Shown: in pieces, positions 54,627 to 64,000 of the stretch | How positions within the stretch are numbered: position 1 is the stretch's first letter | Layout of the letters: each line of letters begins with the position of its first letter | NCBI GenBank assembly: GCA_963770565.1 | Contig: CAVYQE010000001.1 | Location: 192,001-256,000 of the forward strand | DNA: 64,000 nucleotides | Source of the DNA: an uncultured Actinomycetota bacterium | Lineage (GTDB): Bacteria > Actinomycetota > Actinomycetes > JAFAQI01 | Direction of reading: 5' to 3' | Made by a program: the position numbers and the translations under genes | The notes under the pieces: model-generated | Seen by the model: the letters and a program-made list of their open reading frames with translations, nothing else | Database searches by the model: none | What the model was told of the DNA's origin: nothing

Positions 54627-55034
54627 TCACGCCGAAGCCGATTCGAGCGATTTCGCCTTCCGCTCGGCGATTTGCTCGAATTGTTCAGCGCGTTGGTGAT
54701 AGTATCCCAACGCAAAACGCCCTTGATCTTGCAACGAGAGTTGGCCTTTCGGGCCCGATGGCGGCAACAGCCTGGAGACCTCGGTCAAGAGCTTGTCGAG
54801 AGCCACAAAGGAGCCCGGCTTCTCCCCGCGCAGCTTTCGCAGATGATTCTCCGCATCGGCGTAGAGCCGAGAGAAAACGAGCGACGGCGCGGAGCTGAAC
54901 GTGCCGTAGAACTTGTCCACGACGTTCGCGTTGACATCGCCGAGCGCCGCGTACTGAATCTGCTCGAACACCGCCAACAGTCGGCCGTAAAGATACGCCG
55001 GCTGGCGCTCATCGGAATCCAATGTGTCAGTCAC
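54627..55034 (-). CDS. cas11: Putative internally translated Cas11 small subunit within cas8c
   Basis: AAGGGA SD-like motif upstream of in-frame GTG at 55034 (VTDTLDSDERQPAYLYGRLLAVFEQIQ...QGRFALGYYHQR); internal Cas11 starts are known for type I-C. Confidence 0.7.
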   Translation of the reverse strand: MTDTLDSDERQPAYLYGRLLAVFEQIQYAALGDVNANVVDKFYGTFSSAPSLVFSRLYADAENHLRKLRGEKPGSFVALDKLLTEVSRLLPPSGPKGQLSLQDQGRFALGYYHQRAEQFEQIAERKAKSLESASA

Positions 55035-56410
55035 GGGAATGTCCCTTCGTAAAAGAATGAGCTTGATCAGAGCCATCCGGACCGCCCGGAAGCCAGAGCG
55101 GCCTTCGCGCGCAATCGCCGGAGGCATGCGACAAGCAACGATTCGCAAAGCGGAGTGCCGGCGATCGCGGATTCGAGCAACCGTGCCGGCGTGTCGGGGG
55201 CCACCTGATCGGAGTCGAAGGCGGTCGCGGCGGCAAGTTGCCAGAGCGGAAATGCGCGTGGTGGGCTTTCCGCCGCCGTGCTTGGAGACGTCGGCAATCC
55301 GCAATTGCCTGAACCAGCGGACGAGGTTTTCCATCGGCGCGGCATCGGCAGTTCGAGATAGTCGCGAACGACTGCCCGAGCGGCGTTTCCGCTCAGGACG
55401 AGCACATAGAATGCATTGACGTCGTCAACGGCATGGGACTCGACGCCCTTGAAGATCGATTCCAGCAGATGCTCGAATTGTTCCGCGGACGCTTCGAAGA
55501 TTCCCATGAACGAGGTGTCGGTCGGCTCGCGCGTCCAGAACAGAACGATGACGTCGCCCAATCGGATGCTGGTCCGCGGATTCCCGGGAACCTTATTTCG
55601 AATCAAGGCGTTCAGAGCGCGGCAATAACCGTCGACGGCGGCATATCCGAGACCGGCGTTCGCGGTCCCATCGAGGCCGTAGCTCTCGAATGCCGCCTTG
55701 TCATAGGAGACGATGCTCACTCCAGTCGAAAGACCTCCGGGAATTCCGCTCAACTTGATCGGATGCGTCGTCGGGATCGGGCCGAATTCGCGGGTCACCT
55801 GACATAGCCCGTGCGGGCCGCCCTGCTGTTTCGCAAGGCTCACTCGGGCAAACAATTCGGTGTACCACGCGCGGACTTTCGGTCGCTCGACGATCGTTTT
55901 TCCGTTGTCGGGATTCCAGGCAAAAGTGCAGCGGTCGCCGGCGCCGGGCTTGAGTTCGGCAAACTCCGCCCCGACTTTCGCGGCCAGCGATGCGTCGGCC
56001 TGAAGGGCATGCCCGAACTTCGCGACGGCGAGCAGCGCGGGATCGTCGGTCGCGGCGGCGGCTTCGTCGATTTGCCGCCAGAAGGTCGCTCGGCTCCGCT
56101 CGGCCTTTTCGCGGCTCTCGTCGTCGATGGCGACGGGCAACACGCGCGGGAGCGTGTCGGCAAAGTATTTGGCAAAGCCTTGATTGGCCGCGTTGCCGTG
56201 CGCCATCGGCACCGACAATGGATTTCCGCGATCGGGCTTCGGCTTTGCCGTTTTGCCTTTCGCCGGCAAAAACCCGCGCCGCTCGACGATGCCAAGATAG
56301 TTGCCGTCATCGCCGATCTGAATGATCCAGGGGACCGGCAATGTCTCGAAAGCCAAATCGTCGGTCAGGCCATCTCTTTTCGCCAATTCGTAAAGCCGAT
56401 TGAGGATCAT
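54627..56410 (-). CDS. cas8c: Type I-C Cas8c (Csd1), frameshifted
   Basis: [63 protein letters not shown]. Confidence 0.95.
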
Positions 56411-57224
56411 GCCGCGGTCTCCTCTTTTTCCCAGCCGAGAATTTTGACGGGAGGCTCGCCGTTTGGTCCCGCGGCCTCGCGATCGCAATGCAACACGCCG
56501 CGAACGACATTGGCGTCGAAGTATCCCGGCTGATTCTTGCCGTTTTGGCCGTACTGAAGGTCATAGAGCATCAGGCCGAGGGATTGATTCCAGTCGGTCA
56601 ACGGCGCTTCCAATCCGTTGAACGGGAGCGAATTGGCAAGCAAACTCGCGGCAGCCCAAGTACGGCCGATGAAAGCACTGGCCCTTGGCCACGCGGCGGT
56701 TGAACATCGCGACATACTTGGCGACGTTGTCCGGCCCGCCGTCTTCATCGACATCGGGCGGTTTCATTCGCGGGCGATTGGCCTTGTCGGTCAGGAAGAT
56801 CGACGCATCGATGCGATAAGCGACGTGTTGCAAGCAAAGCGAATTCCGCTGCGTGCGATTCTGACCTTGCGCACTTTCGCGGCCCGCCGAATCGACGAGA
56901 TACGGCTGGAACGTCGAGGGATTCTTGATCCAACCTTCGACGGTCCGGGGAGCGATTTTCCCTTGAATCTCATTCCGGCGAATGCCGATCAGGCGATACG
57001 GCATCTCCGCCGCCGCGGGCGGGAAATCCGGTGGAAATGCCGGCCTGAGCGCCGTGATGCGGCGAACGTGCCATCGCATCTGCGGCTTGAAGAGAACCGC
57101 CTCCAGCGCCCCGCGCCGCGGAGGGGGTCATGAGCGGATAAGAAAGCCGCTCGACCTTCAACTCGGGGCGAGTAAACATCGCGAATTCGCCCCAGACCTT
57201 AATTGAGGCAACCGGCGTGGACAT
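56407..57224 (-). CDS. cas5: Type I-C Cas5 (Cas5c/Cas5d), frameshifted
   Basis: [59 protein letters not shown]. Confidence 0.96.
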
Positions 57225-57242
57225 AACGCTCTCCTTTGCTCG

Positions 57243-59499
57243 CTAGACTACAAGCGCGGTTTCGGCGGCCTCGCCGCTCACGCCAAGATACGCATCATAC
57301 GCTCCGTAATAGACGAGCAAACCCAGATTCTCGGTAAGCTGGGCAACCAAGCCGGTCATTTTCGCGATTTCGTGTCGCCGCAAGTTCACCTGAAACGGGA
57401 CCAACGCCCGGAAATTGGCGCGGGATTTGTCGGCGCGAAGATTGTCGAGCAAGATCTCTATCTCCGCTGTGCGCTCGCGCCACGTTGCCACGACAACCGG
57501 CACACTGTCGTCGTCGATGAGCGAGTAGAGCTTGGCCACTTCAGCGAAGTTGCCGGTCTTGCGATGGCCTTCGATGTTGTGGGCGTCGAGGTCTCCGGAA
57601 TGAAACAGCCTCGTGAAATAGGCGAGGATATCGGCTGGTTCGTCGATTCGCGGAGGATTGCCCGCGGCGAGAAAGTTCGCTTCAAGAATCTGGCGGCCGG
57701 CCTTGTACCATGGATCGCGCGGCATCGAATCCTCGGCCGCGCGGAACACCACGACTTCGCCGCCCGGTCAACCGTCGGGGCCGTTGAGCAGCCCTTCGCG
57801 ATTGCACCGACCCGCGGCTTGAATCACCGATTCGAGCGGCCCGATTTCGCGCATAACGAGCGGAAAATCCACATCGACGCCGGCCTCGATCAACTGCGTC
57901 GAGGCCAAGTGGCAGGGTTCGCCGCGCCGGAGCCGCTCGCGCACCGCGTCAAGGACGGCGAGGCGATGGGCCGGACACATCGCCGTCGAGAGATGAAACG
58001 CCGCATCGCCGACGCGCTGTTGAAGCTCCAAGAAGACGTTTCGGGCAGCGGCCCGCGTGTTGACGACGCACAGCGCAGCCCGACCGCCGCCGATAGCCCG
58101 GCCGTCGGTCATCCGCTCGGCAACCTGCGCCCAGGTGAGCGGCTCGTCGCCGCGCAGTGGCCAAACCACTTCGACTCGCTTCAGCCGACGGAACAGCTCC
58201 AGCCCGTCGGGGATGATTTCTGCGGCCCGGAGCCTTTCGTCCTCCGCAAGCTGCTCGTGGTCGAAAGCCGGTTGAGTCGCGGTGCAAAGAATAATCGACG
58301 CGCCGAGCGAATCGGCGACTTGCCGCAGCATGGCGCATGTCGGAGCAGCCAAACCCGGCGGCACGGATTGACATTCATCGAGGATGATGACGCTACGGGC
58401 GATGTTGTGCAGCTTTCGGCATCGCGACGGCCGATTGGAAAACAGGCTCTCGAAGAACTGCACGTTGGTCGTGACGATCAGCGGCGCGTCCCAATTCTCG
58501 GCGCGGCGAACGGCGTGCTGCGCGCCGTCTCGTCGCCATCGTCGCCGCCATAGGGCTCGGCCAAGCTGTGATGCTCGAAGAGATCGAGATCGGAACGGCC
58601 GATCCCGAGCCCTCGCGAATGACGGCGGCGTTTTGCTCCAGGATGGTCAAATACGGAGCGACATAGATTATTCGCCGCAGGCCGTTGAGCGCGGCATGCC
58701 GCAGTGCGAAGGCGAGGCCCGAGAGTGTTTTTCCGCCGCCGGTTGGAACCGTCAGCGAGAACAGGCCGGTTGCTTTTTCTGCGGCACTGAGGCAAGCCTG
58801 TAAGACTTCATCGCGGATTGTCGCGATCGCTCGCTGACACGACTTCGCGCGAATTTGGATGTGCTGAAGCAAGACCGCGAGCCGATCGGCCGGATTCAAT
58901 CGAGGCGGCGCGGGTTCGAGCGGCAACATGTTGACCGACCGCTCGTGAATCGAGCTATCGGTCCAATCGGCGTCGATCAAGCAACTGAAGATGATGCGCG
59001 TGAGGAACTCGGCTCCCAATGCGTCAACCGACCCGGCGAGACCCAAAGAAAGCGCGGCGATAGGCGGGCAGTCGGAGGCGACTGCCGCCGAGATCGCCGC
59101 CGCGTCGGAGGTCGCGAGCGGTGATTTGATCAGGCTGGCCAATGCGGCGCGGTCGGGGATCCCGCCGTGATGCCCGGCGATGGCGAAGGCAACGGGAACA
59201 TTTCCAGCCCGCGCCGTTCGCGCGGCGCCGGCCTGCTTGTGAAACGTCTGCTCGCGCGGAACGGTAAGCGGCCGCCTGTCGAATCGGCAGTCGAGCAGCG
59301 TTTGAAATCCCGTCCGGTACTTTCCCAGGTCGTGCAGCCAACCGGCAATCTTGGCGGTGGAAATAAAGGCGTCGTCGGCCGGGCATGCCGCGCGGGCGAA
59401 ATCCTCCGCAAGCCGGGCGACGTTGGCCAAGTGCTCGCGGAGCAACTGCCAATCGGCGCGATCGGCGCGGTGGCCGGAATGGGCGTAGTAAATGGACAT
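57243..59499 (-). CDS. cas3: Cas3 HD nuclease-helicase, frameshifted
   Basis: YAHS, EHL, LHDLGK, IAGHHGG, LIDAD, VPTGGGKT, ILDECQ, STQLIEAGVDVDF, QAAGRCNREG. Confidence 0.97.
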
Positions 59500-59716
59500 G
59501 CGTGCGCAACCCTCGGGAGGGTAGCATAAGCCGCTGCGGGGTGCGCGCACAAGCAGTTTTGCCGTCGCGAGGGAAGAAAAAGCGAAGCGGCGGGCGGCAC
59601 GCGCGGGGCGCGCGGCTACGGTTGCGCGGCTGTCGAGACGCCGGCGTGCTGGTCGCGGAGCCTCATCGAGAATTCGGACGCGCCAAGCTGGATTGGGGCG
59701 ATGATGATTGCACAAA

Positions 59717-59812
59717 CTTTCGCGGGAGCGAAAGGCGACTGCGGATTGCGCAACCTCTCGCGGGAGCGAAAGGCGACAGCGGATCCGCAGCTTTCGCGGG
59801 AGCGAAAGGCGA
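59717..59812. repeat. Three near-identical copies of the hairpin CTTTCGCGGGAGCGAAAGGCGAC (REP-like; possibly terminator-acting downstream of yebC)
   Basis: Copies at ~59717, 59755, 59791. Confidence 0.8.
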
Positions 59813-59844
59813 CTGGGGTTGCGCGCCTCGCCGCGTCGGCCGCG

Positions 59845-60567
59845 CTAGACCGGCAGGTCGATGTTGTGATAGATCTCCTGCACGTCTTCGCAATCGTTCA
59901 ACAAGCTGAGGAACTTTTCGAACTGGGCCAGGTCTTCCGGGCTCAGCGTCTTGCTGGTCTGCGCGACGAAGGTGATCTCTTGAGTTTCCAACTCGACTTT
60001 CGGAAAGGCTTTCAACAACGCCGTTTTGGCTTTGAAGAATTCGGCCGGCGGCGCGACGATCGTGATCCGCCCGCCTTGGCCTTCGACCTCGGTGACATTG
60101 ACGTCGGCGTCCAACATCGCTTCGAGCACCTGCTCTTCATTGTCGCCCGCAAACGACAACACCGCCAAGTGATCGAACGACAGGGCGACCGAACCGGCGG
60201 CGGCCAATTTCGAGCCCGTCTTCGTGAAGCAACTGCGGACCTCCGAGATCGTGCGTTGATAGTTGTCGGTCAAGCAATCGACGATCACCAACGAACCGCC
60301 GGGGCCGAATCCTTCGTAGCGGGCGGAGACGAAGTCCTCGCCGCCGACGCCGCGCGCTTTCTGAACCGCCTTTTCGATTACATGGGCCGGCACTTGATCT
60401 TTCTTGGCTTTCTCGATCAAGCTCCGCAATGCCGGATTGCCTTCGGGGTCCGGAACGCCGTTCTTGGCGGCAACGTAGAGCAGCGTGCCATATTTGGAAT
60501 ACAGCTTCGACTTCTGAGCCGCCGTCTTGAAGATCGAGTTCTTGCGATTTTCGAAATTTCTTCCCAT
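59845..60567 (-). CDS. yebC: YebC/PmpR-family protein
   Basis: MGRNFENRK, PDPEGNPALR, RYEGFGPGG, CLTDNYQRT, EDVQEIYHN. Confidence 0.93.
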   Translation of the reverse strand: MGRNFENRKNSIFKTAAQKSKLYSKYGTLLYVAAKNGVPDPEGNPALRSLIEKAKKDQVPAHVIEKAVQKARGVGGEDFVSARYEGFGPGGSLVIVDCLTDNYQRTISEVRSCFTKTGSKLAAAGSVALSFDHLAVLSFAGDNEEQVLEAMLDADVNVTEVEGQGGRITIVAPPAEFFKAKTALLKAFPKVELETQEITFVAQTSKTLSPEDLAQFEKFLSLLNDCEDVQEIYHNIDLPV

Positions 60568-60956
60568 ATCGATTCTCGGGTTCGTTTTCGTGGCAAAAGG
60601 CCCGCAGGCTTCGGCACGGTCGGGCATCTCGCGGCCGTATTGCGGGGGGCAGCGACGCGGCCTCCGCGCGAGGTCGCCGGCTGGTCGCACCGACACTATT
60701 CTACCGTATTGCGGATTTTTTTCGCGGGGGCCACGGCGAGGCAGCCAAAGCCGATGGGGAACAGGCCGGAAGCCCGCGCGAGGCCGCGAAAAGCGGTGCG
60801 GCCCCGCTCCCAGGTCAGTCCGAGCCGGGCGTCGCCGCGGGGGGGCGGCTTGCCGGCCTGGCGTCGGTCGTTTTTATGCCCTGGGGCGGGGCCTGGAACC
60901 GCTCACGTGACAGCCCAAAGCCCGTGTTTTTCGGCGTTGCGGCAGCAAAACGGAGG

Positions 60957-62567
60957 CTAAATCAGGCGTCCTTGGGAAACCCGCCCGCCGAGTCCGAACA
61001 GCGCGTTGACCAGCGCATCGGCCGCGTCCGACGCACGGGGGGTCGCCGCGCGGGCATCGTGCGCAATCGTCGAGGCGAATGGCGAATCGACTATGCCGGC
61101 GATGCGGGCTGCGCTGGCGACGCGGGCGGCGCCGGCGACGCGGGCGGCGCCGGATGTCGAAGTGGGGTTCGTGGTGACTGTCGCGACGAGCGCGTTGTTC
61201 GTCGCCGTCGTGACGATCCCGCCGAAGCTGCCCAAGCCGATCGGGAATTTCGGCGGCGGAGGCAGATACTCGCTGTGGATCAGGTCGTTGACCAGCAGAT
61301 TGGCGACGGGGGTGCCGCGGCCGGTGGTTTGATCGAATCCGACTGTGGCCTTGTAGAAACCGGTGCTGCCGGTGGTGATGTCGTGGAAATCGGTTGCCGG
61401 CAGGCTATAGATGTCGGCCACCGTGTTGGCCAGGGTGTCTCCGCCCAATTGAGCGCGGCCTTGGTTGGCCAATGCGATCAGACCTGCCCATTGCGGAGCG
61501 CCGGCGCTGGTGCCGTTGACGGTTTCCCAGCCGCCGTCGACCGAGTTGAACACCCAAAAATCTGTGGCCCCGTAAGCCACGTCCGGCACGGAGCGCATCG
61601 AGTTCGAATTGAAACCGTTTTGATAGGCCGGCCGCGATTCCACGCCGCTGAACCCGCCGCCGCCATAGCTCCAGGCGGATTCCGTGTCGTACGACATCAA
61701 TTGGGGGTTCGCTGGGCCGGTGGTCACTGCGGGCCTCGCGATAACGCTGCCTGACGTCGAGTTAGCGACGGTCACGAGGCTTACGGAGGCCGTGATCACC
61801 GTGCCGCCAACGGCCAACACATTGGGCGACGTCGAGGGGTATTCCACCAGCGATCCGACGTCCCCCGCCGAGGCCACGAACGAGACCGGGCGGTGGCCTT
61901 GGGGCGTCGTAAACACATTGCTGTCGTAGTCGGTCTGGTTTTCGTCGAACCAGGAACTGGGGTTCCAGGTCCGCTCGAACTCCCGGCTGCCGAAGCTCAT
62001 CGAGACGACGCTGACGCCGGGCGAATTCCGGGCATAATCGGCCATGTACAACAGGTTGTCGTTGTTGCTGTCGGTGGCCTGGCAAAGGAGGATTTTCGCA
62101 CCCGGGGCGATGGCATGCGCCCATTCGACATCCAACGCCGTTTCGGTCGACCAGCCGGCGTCGGCCCGCGGCGGATTGCCGTTGCCGTCGATTTCCTTGG
62201 CAATCGACACGCTTGGATCGGGGAGTCCGAATTCCTGGTCGAACACATGCAGGTCTTGAACCAGCGTCGGATCGTCGTAGGCATCGATAATGGCGATCGT
62301 CGTGCCGGCGCCGTTGAGCGACAGCTTGTTGAAGCCATAGATCGAGCGGATTTGGGTGGGGGTGAACGGTCCGGTGCTGGTCGTCGTGAGCGCGACCGGC
62401 GGCGAGACCGTGAGTGCCGGCATCTCGGTGGGGCCGGCCGGTACTGCGAGCGGCCCCTGGACCTTGATGATCGTGCTGGCGCTGAGCATTTGCCGCGGTT
62501 CGAGGGCTTCGAAAGTGAACGATCGGCGCTGTTTGCGGGCGGACGGGCGCAAGATTTTGCGGTGCAT
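60957..62567 (-). CDS. Secreted S53 (sedolisin/kumamolisin-like) serine peptidase
   Basis: FEALEPRQMLS N-terminal motif, ETALDVEWAHAIAPGA, SAGD, RSVPDV, GTSAGAPQWAG, FHDITTG, GFDQTTGRGTP. Confidence 0.92.
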   Translation of the reverse strand: MHRKILRPSARKQRRSFTFEALEPRQMLSASTIIKVQGPLAVPAGPTEMPALTVSPPVALTTTSTGPFTPTQIRSIYGFNKLSLNGAGTTIAIIDAYDDPTLVQDLHVFDQEFGLPDPSVSIAKEIDGNGNPPRADAGWSTETALDVEWAHAIAPGAKILLCQATDSNNDNLLYMADYARNSPGVSVVSMSFGSREFERTWNPSSWFDENQTDYDSNVFTTPQGHRPVSFVASAGDVGSLVEYPSTSPNVLAVGGTVITASVSLVTVANSTSGSVIARPAVTTGPANPQLMSYDTESAWSYGGGGFSGVESRPAYQNGFNSNSMRSVPDVAYGATDFWVFNSVDGGWETVNGTSAGAPQWAGLIALANQGRAQLGGDTLANTVADIYSLPATDFHDITTGSTGFYKATVGFDQTTGRGTPVANLLVNDLIHSEYLPPPPKFPIGLGSFGGIVTTATNNALVATVTTNPTSTSGAARVAGAARVASAARIAGIVDSPFASTIAHDARAATPRASDAADALVNALFGLGGRVSQGRLI

Positions 62568-62775
62568 GACATTGGCTCCCGGAAAGAGATCGTGGCGGAG
62601 AAACGACTCGGCTGCCGGACGGCCGAGCGACGCACCGGCTCTCAGGTGCGCAGCGCCGCAGGATCCGCCGTTTTGCCGATTCTCTTGTAGAGCGCAAATG
62701 ACACAGCTTTGTTACACGACGGGCACGGCGACACGGGCACTGCGGCCGACGGAATTACCGAAAATCGGGCGTTCC

Positions 62776-62952
62776 AGGAGACTGTCCGAGAACCGGCATT
62801 AGCTTCCGGCGGGCGTTGCCAAAAGGGGGTCGGGAGTCGATTTCGCCCGCTGAACGACCCGTAGTGCCAACCTCGATCATGGCGAAATCGACTCCCGACC
62901 CCTTTCGCGGCGAGCATCCCCTTCGCCGCGGCCGGTTCTTGGACAGGCTCCT
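62776..62952. mobile_element. Complete ~177-bp MITE (AGGAGCCTGTCC family)
   Basis: TIRs aggagactgtccgagaaccgg / ccggttcttggacaggctcct; internal hairpin ggggtcgggagtcgatttcgcc / ggcgaaatcgactcccgacccc. Confidence 0.8.
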
Positions 62953-63016
62953 AGGCGCAGGATTCCGGCTCCAATAAAATACTTTCGCAGGCGGCCAGGC
63001 TCCCAGGGGGCACGTT

Positions 63017-63660
63017 GTGAATCGGACATTGCCCACTCCCTGGAAACCCACCAAGGCCCAGCTCCTCGCCGCGCACGACAAGCTCGTGCCCGGATCTCGT
63101 CGCCAAAAACCTCATCGTCCTCTTCGCCGGCATCAACCCCGGCCTCTACACCGCCGCGATCGGCCGCCATTTCGGCCGCCCCGGCAACCGCTTCTGGCCC
63201 GCCCTCTACGGCGGCGGCTTCACCCCGCGGCTCTTCTCCCCCTTTGAAGAATCGCTCCTTCTCGACCTCAAATTCGGCATCACCAACATCGTCGAACGCG
63301 CCACCGCCCGCGCCGATGAACTCACCGACGACGAACTTCGCGCCGGCGGCCGAGCGCCTCGAAGCCAAAGTCAAACGCTGGCGCCCCACCGTCGTCGCCT
63401 TCGTCGGCATCGGCCCCTACCGCATCGTCTCCGGCATCAAAGACGCCCGCGTCGGCCTCCAAAAGGCCCCCTTCGGCGGCAGCCACGCCTGGGTCCTCCC
63501 CAACCCCAGCGGCCTCAACGCCCACTACCAGCCCGCCGCCCTCGCACAACTCTTCGGAGACCTCCGCCTTTGGGCGGTCGCTCGGCACAAGCGCGGCGAA
63601 AATCGGCGCCGCGGAAATAGGCGCCGCGGAAATAGGCACGCGATTTCCCAATTGTTATAG
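63017..63660 (+). CDS. mug: G/U mismatch-specific DNA glycosylase, frameshifted
   Basis: LFAGINPGLYTAAIGRHFGRPGNRFWPALY, GITNIVER, WVLPNPSGLNAHY. Confidence 0.92.
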
Positions 63661-63678
63661 GAACAGGAGGGCCTATGG

Positions 63679-63945
63679 TAGGCTGTGAAAAATGAGACTG
63701 TCAACGGCATCCGATTTTATGCCGTTTTTGTTCCATCGAGCGCGCCGCGCAACGATCGTTAGCCGGTTCGCTTGCGAAAGGACGGCAGGAGATCGAGGAA
63801 CCCGGTAGGGTTCCCGGACCATCCCTATCGGGATGAATTTCATGCCACCTTGGAGTCGGAATTGCGCGAGTACGTGGTCGGAACAAAAACCAACCGAAAC
63901 ACAAACTCGAATTCCACCTCGAAACCGCACAGATTGCACAGCCTA
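63679..63945. mobile_element. 267-bp MITE with TIR TAGGCTGTG/CACAGCCTA and a 9-bp target-site duplication
   Basis: GGCCTATGG at 63670-63678 and 63946-63954 flanks the element exactly. Confidence 0.85.
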
Positions 63946-64000
63946 GGCCTATGGCGTTGCAATAGATGCTGGATACGTTTCGTCAGTGCCGTCGCGGGCC

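Noticed and set aside
62597-62646. Glycine-riboswitch-like words (GGAGA...GCCGAG...CTCTCAGG)
   Set aside because: Core CCGAAG mismatch, single aptamer, wrong orientation for the adjacent peptidase and no glycine-related downstream gene; an Rfam scan would settle it. None was seen upstream of gcvT either.
658-63660. Widespread frameshifts read as pseudogenes or programmed frameshifting
   Set aside because: They affect housekeeping genes (purD, gcvH, gcvP, folK) and accessory genes alike as indels with motifs otherwise intact, which is typical of unpolished long-read error.

Overview
High-GC bacterial DNA, almost certainly from a Planctomycete (HYExAFE protein, LEPRxLL-type signal on an S53 peptidase, GAF-HlyD/HlyD/M50-HlyD cluster, heptamer and REP-like repeats). 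Many genes, including housekeeping ones, are broken by single-base indels, which I read as long-read sequencing error rather than pseudogenisation. Contents: hisS; a glycine cleavage operon (gcvT-H-PA-PB plus a lipoate ligase) interrupted by a PARIS-like ATPase + DUF4435/TOPRIM pair and a 74-bp hairpin array; a Wadjet (jetABCD) operon split by a REP-like array; purD; folK; a complete type I-C CRISPR-Cas locus with about 95 repeats; yebC; an S53 peptidase; mug. The most unusual features are two apparent aberrant spacer-integration scars. (1) A 711-bp giant spacer inside the array carries an intact small membrane-protein gene plus a gene fragment and is bracketed by a 57-bp duplication (repeat + 20 bp of the neighbouring spacer). 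(2) A 39-bp duplication around a 32-bp insert (71-bp period, matching one CRISPR unit) sits at the cas2 start codon. Also notable: a REP-like in-frame insertion in cas4, a ~600-bp structured tandem repeat, and two MITE families whose IS-like ends enclose different internal hairpins. All family assignments come from motif recognition; no database searches were run, and repeat counts were made by eye.
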